From: Cystobasidiomycetes sp. EMM_F5
Lineage: Eukaryota
NCBI GenBank assembly: GCA_051047955.1
Contig: JBPGPT010000007.1
Span: 434,001 to 498,000, forward strand
Reading direction: 5' to 3'
DNA length: 64,000 nucleotides
Part shown: piece after piece, positions 51,407-62,851 of the stretch
Layout of the letters: each line of letters starts with the position of its first letter
Numbering within the stretch: the first letter of the stretch is position 1
Made by a program: the position numbers and the translations under genes
The notes under the pieces: generated by a model
Databases searched by the model: none
Told to the model about the DNA's origin: nothing
What the model saw: the letters and a program-made list of their open reading frames with translations, nothing else

Positions 51407-52281
51407 TTACTTCTTGGACTTCTTGGCGACTGGTTTCTCTGCCTCAGCTGAAGAAGTGGATGCCTTCATGTTGTTGCTCTTGTCTGAGGAGTCGCCTTCG
51501 TCGTCAGGATCAGTGTAAGGTCCAGAGACAACGTAGAAGGGTACTGGATGACAAGCGAAAAGTCAGCGAGGTTGAGGTACATGAGCTTGAAGTCGATTAT
51601 TACGTACGACAAGTCTTCTTGTGTGTATTGAGGTTGGTGATGACAACAAACGGTTCCTTCTTGGTTGCATTCTGGGGAGATAATGCCAGAAGAAGTATGT
51701 CAGTGTCGGTGAGAGACTGTAGATCTACGCCCACATTACTCACCGCCGTGACATTGGCCCACTTGCCTTTTGCAGGAGATTCGAGGATGTCTGCAATCTC
51801 GCCATTGGAGAACCTGGTGATTTGGTATGTGAGCATTCGGTGCGGAAAGAGGAACGAACCGAGCGAAAGAGTGACCCACTTGATGTTGTCTCCCTCGAGA
51901 TCCTTATTGTCCTTGTAGCCCTTGTAGCAGTAGACAACCTATGGCAGGATGTTTGTCCGAGTCAGCACAATGAATATAATGAATGCTGGTCTACTCGATA
52001 CACGATACACTGACCTTGTCTCCAACCTGCCAAGGGTGTAAGTGCAATACACAACACAATGCACATTACGTTGAGGCCAACAAACAATCGACGAGGAGAT
52101 GGGAAACAGCATCGGATGACGATACGTCACAGTCCATTACATCAGTGAGGAGAGGGATTCAAGATTTCGCATCCATCAGTCCACGTCAAAACATTGTCGC
52201 GAAAACAGTCGAGAGGGTCTGTGCGCTCAGCGCGAGTGAAGGAAATGGACGAGCAGCCTGGTCGCTCACAGAGTAGCCCAT
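51407..52281 (-). CDS. Small Hva1/TUDOR-like (DUF2945-like) protein, 6 exons, ~117 aa; not captured intact by the ORF track
   Basis: Manual splice: MGYS|VGDK|VVYCYKGYKDNKDLEGDNIK|FSNGEIADILESPAKGKWANVTA|NATKKEPFVVITNLNTHKKTC|LPFYVV...KKSKK*. It resembles the Y.VGD.V.Y...G.I..I...NA...EP...I.N.NT.K.T pattern. Confidence 0.65.
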
Positions 52282-53194
52282 TGCTGTCAATGTAAGAGTT
52301 GTGAGTTGTTTGTGGAGTTCTGAGAATGTTGTTCGGATGTCTGCGAATTGGAAGGGAGGAAAGAGAGGAGCAGCCAGAGTGACGCCTATTTGAAGAGTCG
52401 ACCGCCACTCATAAAGCAGTATGGGATTGTCAAACTAAAGCAGCTGCGAGCACAGAGCGTTGCTTTCAGTGTCTTATCCTGGTTGCTGTGCATTGAACGA
52501 GCTTGCTATTGTCGATGTATAGAGCACCTGTCTTTGCGGTGGTCAACGTCCACGACGCGTCAAGTGCGACTGAAGGACGCGACTGATATTGGGTCAATGA
52601 GCAAATGGAAGTCTGCGAGTGAGTATTGCGGGAGAGGAGTCGCGAGTATACTTTATTGTACAAAGCACACTGCTCGCGACTTTGACACCGTCATACTCAT
52701 CCTCGAAAGACGCCAGCATCGGCCATTGTCGTTCATCTCGCCCTCCCCGGAAGCAGTGATGATTTACCTTGCACGCGGAATTCCGTACTTTGATACAGCA
52801 CGGGAGAACTTCCTGGAGGGCCTCGGTATACCTTGATAGCGGAGAAGAGGTCTGTGCGCGATGATGCGACAGCGCTATTCAGATAAAGTAAACAGGAAGA
52901 GAGTCGTCAACGAGTAGTACATGACCCTGTGAAGGCTGCCTGCCTTGCAGACCCACCGGATATTCAGCCCTTCGTCGGACACAACGCAGCCCGCCAGATC
53001 TTGTAAATTTGAGCCCTGGTCAGCCAGTCAATCAGTCGTCGCGCAAGGGATCAGCACCGTCAGCCTCGACAGCTCGTTATAATGGAGTCTTGCTTCGTTA
53101 TCTGCATTCCAGCTGCCATCGAATCTCGACATTCCCCGCCGGATCCCGTCAAAGCTTGCCTCCAGACGCTGCTAATATTTGATATTTTGCGACC

Positions 53195-55570
53195 ATGGGC
53201 CAGAACGGGCAGTACTACCAGGGAGGCTCGTACCCACAGCAGCAGCAATTTCAGCCGCCGCCGCCCCAGCAGTATCAGCAGCAGCCGTACTATCCTCAGC
53301 CAGGCCAAGCAAACTGGAATGCCGGTGTCCCGCCCAATGGCATGCAGGCTGCGCCGTATCCCAATGCGCCTATGCCACAGCAGCCCGTCCCGCAGCAGCC
53401 AAACTACGGTGCCAAACCATCAGAGTGAGCCGATGTTTATTCCAAGTTGGTATGTTTGTGTGTTGATCGTCAGAACCCAGGCAAGATGAAATGTTCAAGC
53501 CAGCGAAACCAAAGTGGAATGATCTGTTCTTCTTCCTCCTCTTCTGGGCTCACTTCGCGGGCTTCATTGCGATATCCGTACTCACCCTCAGGCAGGTTGC
53601 AGGCGATGGCGGATCAATTACTGGAAATGCGTCACGGGGAGTTACTGTGGGTTTCTATTCTGCTAGGTCAAAACGGCTCGTTGAAGCTGTTTACCTTTCC
53701 AGCTCAACCTCAATACTGCATACCTGTTGGCATTGATCGCGGCAGCCGGCTTTGTCGTTTCGATTGTGTTCTTGCTAATTACAAAGACATTTACCAAGAT
53801 CGTGAGTCGCACAACGTCAACTTGACCCGTCAACAGCATCATACTGACTTTTGGTTGTGACATCAAAAGATTCTCGAGATAACGCTGGCACTCAGCGTTA
53901 TTTTTTCAGTCGGGTATGCAATCTACTTGTGGATTGAGAAGTTCTGGGTACGTCGTAACAAGTCGAGAGCGCCGCTGCCGATACTGATGTACGGCATTCA
54001 GTCCGGAGCTGCTATCTTCACCGTATTGTGAGCCATATTAGAGGCGAGTATCTGAGACCTTCGACTAAATGTGCCACGTCCCGACAGCGCGATTCTTTCC
54101 ATCATCGCGGTAGGCGCTGCCACAAAAAAGGTGTTTCGCAGAATGCTGATTGGTCTCGCTCGCTCAGTATCCTTTTATGCGACGCCGGATCCCTCTCAGC
54201 AAATTGCTCCTGCAATTTGTCTTCAAGATTGCGAGTGCGTAATGCGCTAGGAGACAGCGTGACTTGGCGATTGATTTGCATAAACTCATTCAGATCAGCA
54301 CAAATCTGTCTATTTCATTGCTATTATGACCACTCTCCTACAAGCTTCCTACTCTATCTGGTATGCATGTTCTCCTAGAACATACAGCCGGTGTTACCTA
54401 ACCCTCGCTTTTGCTATCAAGGTGGTCATTTACTGTCGTAGCCATCTACCAGAAATACTCTCCTGGTGCCTCTGGGGCATGCAATTCGAGTGGTGGGTCC
54501 TGCAGTAATGCGACAGTCATCGGCCTAGTGGTATTCTCCGTCTTCTCCTTCTAGTGGGTCGATTCCACAATCAAGAGTCACGTAGGCTAACGACCCTACT
54601 TCGTACAGCTGGACGACTCAGGTCATTTCTAACGTCGCGCTCACCACGATTGCCGGCATATTCGGCTCATTCTACTTCTCCATGCCAAACGCGAAAGCTG
54701 TACATGTCGCGCGAGGGTCCTTCAAACGAGCAATGACGTACTCGTTCGGGTCTATAGCTGAAGGCAGTTTGATTGTGGCGTTGCTCGACGTGCTTCGTGC
54801 GGCTCTCAACATCATCTATCAGCAAGAAGCTGCTTCTGGCGATATGTTTGGTGCCATCATCGCTTGCTGCGCTCAATGCTGTGTTGGATGCATTCGAGGT
54901 CTTGTAGACTACTTCAATCGAGTCAGTCCGTGTACTCGAAGCTTCCGAGTCCACGCTAAATTATTGATCTTCATAGTATGCCTACATCGAAATTGCCATG
55001 TTTGGTAAAAGCTACATCAACGCGGCGAAAGATGCCTGGAGGCTCCTGAAGGATCGCGGCATCGATGCTCTAATCAACGACAGTCTAGGTAGGCGGCATG
55101 AGCCCCGTGCAGAAGTTCCTGCTGACATCGAGTCTACCGAAAGTCAACAACATCTGGACTTTTGGCAGCTACGCTTGTGGCTGTTTATGCTCCTTCTTCG
55201 CGTAAGCCGGCCTTTCGTACAGACAACGTCCACCTTCCTGACTGCCCGTTATGCTATGCAGCTATATTTACTTGCACCAAATTCGTCCATCCTACATTCA
55301 GAACAACACGAATCTTTATGCAGTAATACTGCTTTATGGTCAGTCCTTGATATTTGATGATCAGAAATGCACTCACTTATGCATCTACTCCCGTTAGCCT
55401 TCATCATCGGTTTCCAGATCTGCCATTCTCTAGGTTACATTGCGCTTTCGGCCGGGGTGTCGACAATCTTTGTCGCTCTTGGCGAGGCACCCATGGCACT
55501 TGCGGAGAAAGATCCTGCGCTGTTTGAGCATATCCGGGCAGCGTATCCCAAGGTTGTTCAACCGGTTTAG
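53195..55570 (+). CDS. PNS1: Plasma-membrane choline transporter-like protein PNS1 (CTL/SLC44 family), many introns
   Basis: Q/P/Y-rich N-terminus, FKPAKPKWNDLFF, RAMTYSFGSI, YFNRYAYIEIAMFGKSYINAAKDAWRLLKDRGIDALINDSL. Confidence 0.9.
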
Positions 55571-55784
55571 GCTCTGTGAAAATCAGATTAGCATACTCTA
55601 GTCTTTCAGTCCTCTTGGAGTGAGACGGTCATTAGTGTCCTGCACGCGACATGTTATTACATTTTGGCATCAATCATTAATCTAATCGTTCGCCGTTTAT
55701 GACATGGCAGATTGTGCAACAACAGGACGGACTAGCTGACTACTGACGATGGTACTGCTTGTAAGACGAAAATGCAGAGAGCGA

Positions 55785-58700
55785 TCAAGAAGAAGGTGAA
55801 GCGGTAGGTGTCCGTCTCTTTTGCGCGAGCCCGCGTATCGATATAGACCGACCTGAGTTGGATGCTGCGCTTGGAGACCCTGCTGGGGTTGCTAAGAAAG
55901 ATGCAGCGACAGAGGTTGCTGGCGATGCGGGCTCCAGGTACCGCGCGCCTGTTCGAGCTTTTGGACTAGAAGTGTCTTTTGGAGTGGAAGGCGGCGTCCC
56001 GCGTCCGGTATGAGCCGCATCATCAAAGCTGAAGGTCACTCTGCGCGCGTAGGCGGCCTGACCTTCGACCTCAGCAGAGACTTTTGGCTTGTAGCTCGCC
56101 CACGAGTCCGCTAGCTCGCCAGTGGCAGCAGGTAGTGTCGACTGCCTAACGGATCCGCTCGCGACAGGGCTAGGTGTGCGCATGTATGATTGACCCGCAG
56201 ACATATGCGTGCGACGAACATATGCAGCTTTGACGCCGCTATCTGCCGAAGTGCTGGGAGCATTGTAGCCCTCAGACGAGGGACGACTCGCTGAGTTCGG
56301 CGTTGAGATAGATCTAGATTGTTCGTCATTTTGTCTCAGTCTTGCGTAATCAGAATCCCTTGAAGGAGGTCCCTGGGTCATAGCTGCGCGGCGCGCCCAA
56401 GCTGCCTGTCCTTCGGCGTCCGCAGATTTCGCAGGCCTGTAGCTATCCCAAGAGTCTTCATGCGAGTCTGCCTGAACTAGGCTGCGCGAAACGGAAGTGT
56501 CAACGTCCTGTTGCCAACCATTTCTCACAGTTGTGGGACTTCGCGTCCGCCCGTCACCATGTCTCGACGAGTGACCGGAAATTTCAGATTCCGTCATTTG
56601 GACACGCGGTCCATTTCGCGGCTGCCAGCCTTGTCCATTTGGCATACTCGTTTGCAATGAAGTATTCCCTCGCGTAGCCCATCCCGCAACTTCTGATGGC
56701 GCTGGTGCATCACGATTATGCATCGTCCCCTTGTCTCGGCCCAATGAGGCCCTGCGCCTGTAAGCATCTTCGCCGCCGCTAGTGCTACTTTGCGGCTGCC
56801 AAGTGTCCCAAGACGTGTCCGCAGACACGCTGGGAACCGATTGATTGGATTGATCATCGTTTCTCGGAGTGCGTGAGGCATTGGAACCAGCTGCGTCTGT
56901 GCTATCGTAAGCGGGTGTGTAAGCATCCCCTCGGTGTCGATTGGTGCGCGCAACTGCACATCTTCCAAGAGGTGGATCGTAATGCTTCCACCCGGTAGTT
57001 CTCGCACCCGGGAGAGGCTCGGGTAACCTGAGCTCTGGTATGGAAGGGTTTATGTCAAGCCTGGAGAACTTATACGACATGTCCCAGCCATCGTCCGCAT
57101 CGGCCACCGGCGATGCTATCCCTGGCTTAGAACTGCCATCCGCAGGTTCATCACGCGTGCCCTGGGTGCCCTTTGATTGCGGCGATTCCGGGCGAAGCGC
57201 AGGCTGGTGCTTGTCACCCCAATTCATAGAAGCACGCTTTGCATAGGCGTCATTTTCCGACTTGATTGGTGTGTAGCTAGCCCACTCATCGTTAACGTCT
57301 CTGCGACGCTCGCTAGAGGAGTGGCTAGCATGGTCATCCTTTGGAGCATCCTCGCCAGATGGCTGATGAGTCGCACTGGCGGCGGCTACGCCATTATGAG
57401 CAGGTGGTGCTGCTGGAGTTGTGCCATCCAACGCAACTCTTCCGGAGGTCATGCTCTTCCGCAGCTCGTATGCATTGTTGGTCGACGTACTAGCTTTCCA
57501 TCCGGCCCACTCGTCACCCGACGAGCCATCTGCTGGTTGTACAGCCAAGTTCGTGGCTATAATGCCATTTGTCACACTGTCTATCGCAGCTCTCGTCGTA
57601 CCGGCAGCTCCGCGTATGCTTACAGCTGCCTTGGCCGAGGCTGTGTAAAGGGGAGCTTCATGAGCAGTAGGGATACGAGCGATAGTGCTATAGGCTGGTA
57701 GATTCTGCTCCGCCGCATGCAGACGAAGAACGTTGATGATACCTTCAGACAGATGATCGAGATCGTGGAGCTCGTCTTCGCCAAGCTTGCCATCGGAACG
57801 GGACCAGTCGTCGCCCGTGTAGCCGCTTCTACAAAGTGGAATGTCAGTGTCTTAACGATGGCAATGTGGATGTAATATAATCACCCCCATGGTTCGCTGT
57901 CGTCAGCGCGACTTGGCGGATCAGAACTGTGGCCCTTGCTACTCATAGCAACGCTTAAGCCCTCATATAAGCGAAATAAGCAGGATTCGAATGTATTTTT
58001 GAGACTTTGCACCGCGCTTAGCAAAGCATGTGATCCCGTCAACGGCAGCCAACCATCGCATGTGTATCTGGATTTGGTCAGTATATATGCAATGTAGTCC
58101 AAATATCTCGGCAATTTTTAGCTCACTTTGAAGACGCCATCGACAGCTTGTGAGCTCCGAAGAGCAGTAGAACGAATGGGTCGATAATGGAAACACCTCG
58201 AAGGAACGAGCCGTGCTTCTGGGTGCCTTCGCCAATTTCTTTATTGGTAGTGGCATCACTGTAGGCATACAACTATATAAAATGTTAGTATGCCATATTC
58301 GTGCTCTATAGACCGGAACTCACTTCTTTCATGTTCGCGGCTGCGCCCTTCTCGCTTCTCTTTGCTGGCGCAAGTACCGAGTTGGGACTGATGACAGCAG
58401 ACTACGCGCGCCCGACTTAGCTCAAGCCAATGTACCGGAAGTGTTCTGCTCGACTCACAGCATCCTGCCTTGTGTGCGTCGTCATGAGGCTCTTACGCAC
58501 AGCAAATCTTGGAGCTACAGCGGCGGCGATGAGAGCAGCAAGCATCGGTAGACACTCGCCGTTCGAGTTCAACGCGGAAGGAATGATTGTCTGGCCAGAC
58601 CAATCGCGAACCAGTGATGTTTGGCGGTCTCGCATCGCTACCTTAAGGACTCCGGCGCGGTCGAGGCTGTTCATAATCTGCTCTTTGACCTTCTGCATCG

Positions 58701-61700
58701 TGCGAAGACTATTCCTTGCGAGGAAATTTTCGTCGCAAAAACGATCTCTCTCATAGCCAACAGGAATGTCTTCCCATTCATTGTAAGCCTTGAGAACAGT
58801 AAGAGTGTCTGAAACGTAGCCGTTCGGTGAGAATCGACGTTTGGCAGCATCTGCCAACGCCTGCGCTACGTTAGTACAATGCAGCATACTCACACGCATC
58901 GCGACTGACTCTTTTTTCGATGGGTGATACGAAAGGATCGCGCTCCGACAGAATGGCTGCAATAGTCACGGCTTGGTCTGAATCGCAGTCAGTAGGAACA
59001 GTACTGATAATGACAGAAGACCCAAACCTACCGAGACATCTGAAAAAACACCCTAACAGGCAGAGCCGCCCAATTGCTGCATCGACAGGCAGCTGGAGGA
59101 GAACTTGTCCGAGCGGGGTCAGGTGCTTGACCGCATCCAGTGCACCGATGGTTGTGAGTGTATTTATGGCAGCAACGACGCGCCGGTTGTCAGGTGGTTC
59201 AATGCAAGCTGCCAAGACTTCTTCCGGTTCCATAGGCAGGCCTAGACCTTTGATATGCATAACTCTGTACGGGAGATAATGAGCTCATGAAACACCTTGG
59301 TAAGTATTGTTTACGTACACATTACTCAGGTCTAAGCGTTTCATTTCGACCACTTGGTGATCAGGCAAGCAAGCCATCCTTTGAGCAGAAACCAAGGAGT
59401 AACATTGGCCTGGCCGGTGACGACCGGCGCGTCCAGCGCGCTGGGCCATATTTGATCGCCCAGTGAAAGAGCAGATCATTGATGACAGATGCCGCATTGG
59501 ATCGAAGCACTTCTGCTTGGAAGTGCCAGCGTCCACGACATACACGACATCGGGTATGGTAACGCTGGAAAGGAACGTACAACAGTATGCTTTAGCCAAA
59601 AGTGTCACAACAATACGCAGTGTCACTCACGATGTTTCGGCAATGTTGGTTGCCAAGATAATCCTTTGACATCCAGGCGGCGCCCGTGTCATCACAGCTT
59701 GCTGGTCCGCAAGTGGGACTGCCGAGTGCAGAATATGGAGTTCGTATTGCGTGAAATCGAGATCGAAAAAGGATTTGTGGTTGTCGAGGAGCTGACGTTG
59801 AACTTGCCTAATCTCCTCGAAACCTGGCAAGAATACGAGAATGTGTCCATCTCGGGTAGCCGATGTCGCAAGACAAACGTGCGCAATGACCAGTGCGATC
59901 AACGCAGTCGGCTGTTTCAGTGGTTCCTTGGTGGCATCATCGGCGGAGATGGGCGTGTACAGCTCTCGATCAAGATACACCTTTGAGAAAGGGTCTTCGA
60001 AGACCCAGCCGCTGCGAGGATCTGTTACACATCGCTTACGCAAGTCTGTAACGGTGTCATCGAGACCGTGTTTTGTTACTGGAAAGGCGCGGCCTGGTAT
60101 GCTGATCACCGGCGCTGGCTGTCGAGTGTGGGGATCTTCCAAGTAACGCTGGAAAAGCGATGGGTCAACGGTAGCTGACATGAGTACGATCTTGAAGGGT
60201 AAGCGGCCGCTTGTCACGCGTCGGCGCGACTCCCGGCGCAAGACGTATAACAGAAGGTCCACATCGACATCGCGCTCATGGACTTCGTCCACTAATATGT
60301 GCGTGACTTCATCGAGGATAGAGACGTCTGCGTCTTGTCCATCCTGTCTCGGCTGCAAGCGTTTCAAGAAGGTACCCGTCGTACAGAATGTGATAGATCC
60401 GTATCTTTCAGGGAGGACAGCTTCGAAGCGTACGTTGTAACCGACGCTCGAACCCACTTTTTCGCCTCTTTCCGAAGCAATACGTTGGGCGACACTGATA
60501 GCTGCCAATCTGCGAGGTTGAGTACAGATAATATTACACTGGCCTCCTATACCGCGCATAGCATGGTCATCCAGGATGATCTGAGGTATCTGGGTAGTCT
60601 TTCCACTACCCGTCGCAGCCGACTGGGATCGGTGTAAAGTCAGAATGACAAGAACGGGCAGGTTTCTTGCAGCTTACAACAATCAAGACCGGGTTCGCGT
60701 CAATCGAAGCTAGCAGCTTCTCTGCGCTTGCAAACACTGGAAGATCTTCTCGTAGGCGCCGCATCTGCTCCATTCGATGATCCTCTCGGTAGTCTCGATA
60801 CTGTTCTCGCAGAGTGTATGACCGTCGCAAAATCGCCTCGTTCATATACTCATCGCTTCCGTAGCCATTCGTAGACTGCGCCGACATCCGAGTACTGGTG
60901 TGCGGCGCGGAAGATAGGCCTTGACTGCGCTTTGCTTCTAGCTCCGTGGCGCGCTTGAACAGCTCCGTCGACTTTGCTCGCGACACAACGTCCCGTATCT
61001 CATTTTCGAGCCTCTCACTCGCCTTGACGGCTACAGAAGGTATCGTTGATGCATTCAGTGCCATGGCAGCCCCTCGAGACTTGACCGTCTCTTTAAAATT
61101 CTTGAAAGCCTTATATCGGGCCCACAATGCCGGGTCACTTGCAGCCAGCCAGCTGCATGCATCCACAAAGGCGGTGTCGGTCGACGACACCTTGGTTGTA
61201 GCGCTGCCAGCGCCGATTCTCTGCTTGTTGACAGAGAGTATCGTAGTCCAGCACTGCCGCCCATGAATATTGGATTGCTCGTGCACAAACTCTGGAGTCC
61301 CGTACCCAAACTGTTTGCAGTAATAGTCGAAAAAGTCGCGAGACGTTATGGAATCGATCAAGACTCCGTTAGAATGACCGGGAACGATCGGCAACGATAT
61401 ACCTTGAGCTATTTGCGCAGGACCAGGTAATATGACAAAAGGCGCGGTCGGTAATGTTTTGGCAGGTTGCTCTGCAGAAGCTACATTGACATTAACGCTC
61501 GAGTTTGAGGTGTGTATTGGTGCCGTCGAGGAAACATCTGCTTCTATACCTCCACTTGCTGGGATATCGTGGTCAACATGTCCATTTCCCTCGTGGGCAG
61601 GTTCATTTGTTGATGCTGTTTCGGAGAGTCCATCGTTGCTGATCGGTTCATCTATTGGAATTTGCGAAGGTTCATTTGTTGATGCTGTTTCTGAGTGTTC

Positions 61701-62546
61701 ATGCTTGCTGACCGGTTCATCTATTGGAATTTGCGAACCGTCGTCGCAGTGTAAGATAGGTCTGCCTGTCGGGCATGAATTGAGCGGAACGACTGGTTGC
61801 GGTTCGCCTGGAGGTGGGGCCAAAATCATCGGAGGTCGATAACTAACATCGTCGGCATGGTCGTTAGTATCCTCGACACATTCGTCGTCTCCGCTGCTGA
61901 TGTCTTCTTCTCCTGGCCGTTGAGGCTGGCCTTTGCGGCTAATCAGATCCCCTTCAATGAGCCAGAGAATGGCGTGAAGTGCAGCCAGACTTTGCGCCCT
62001 GTCGGACGATGCGTCATCTCCGATACCGACAATATCGAGATGCGGGTCAGCCTCTACAAACGCGCTGCGGTATGTCAACTTTAGCTGCGTATGCTAATGT
62101 CTCTGCTACTTTGGGGGCAACAAACCGTTTGATGATCGACTCTTCGCCCTGCGTATCATCCAGATACTCTTTTACGATGTACTCTGGACCCTAGATTGAC
62201 GTGTGCGGTAAGATTAGGCAGCAGTAATAGTGTACGGACAGCATTCTTACATATCCAGTCAATTCGCGGACGAAAATGTCCAGAACGTCCTGTTGACCAG
62301 ACGAGGCTCGCAGTGTAAACATGTGCAGAGACAGACCATCTGAATGAGATATACGACTACCTTTGGATTGAGTATAAACGACGTCGGATACGTCTGACGA
62401 GCATTCTTTGCCGCCTGGACGTGACTTCGCACGATGAATTTCTGGTCATTGAGCGGCAGGGGGAGACGTGGGATTGTGGAGATGTCCAGCGGTGCTTCCT
62501 GTGCCAACTCGCTGTCATTGTCGTCATCTATCCTAGCTTCCGACAT
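55785..62546 (-). CDS. DEAH/RHA-family ATP-dependent RNA helicase with an N-terminal dsRBD-like segment, HA2 domain and a long repetitive disordered C-terminal tail
   Basis: ATGSGKTTQIPQ, CTQPRRLAA, DEVHER, MSAT, LVFLPG, ATNIAETS|VTIPDV, QRAGRAGR and HA2 LTPLGQVLLQLPVD. The last exon (55785-57828) is in frame with the 596-aa ORF. Confidence 0.9.
61600..61737. repeat. 69-bp coding tandem duplication (SQIPIDEP...SETASTNEP x2) in the helicase N-terminal linker
   Basis: ggttcatttgttgatgctgtt occurs at 61600 and 61669. Confidence 0.9.
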
Positions 62547-62851
62547 TGTTGCCAGTCGCTGGACCCAGACACGCAGCGGGACAGCCGTCTTCCGCTTGTT
62601 CCATCATGGACAATGTAGCAGCATGGCAGCGGGTATGTTGTTGCAGATGAAAGCAGAACAACTAGTTTGCGACCGTATTGCATGACTTCGGCAACGTGAT
62701 CGATGTCTCAAATGCTCGCATGGCTTTGCGACTGACCGACCTGATATCCGACAGCTGTTCGCAGAGCTACACGTCTTCTGCAATCTACTCTGCTGGTCTG
62801 CTGCTCGCTGTCGTTGGATCCACGTTCTCGTCTCATTATTATATCTCGCGC

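Noticed and set aside
52142..52408. Profilin-like SYIDSN string
   Set aside because: It lies in the 5' UTR frame of the Hva1-like gene, and no other profilin motifs follow.
55785..57575. The 596-aa ORF as an independent gene
   Set aside because: It starts at GTG, and its frame is open upstream to the splice acceptor at 57829, continuous with the helicase C-terminal motif.
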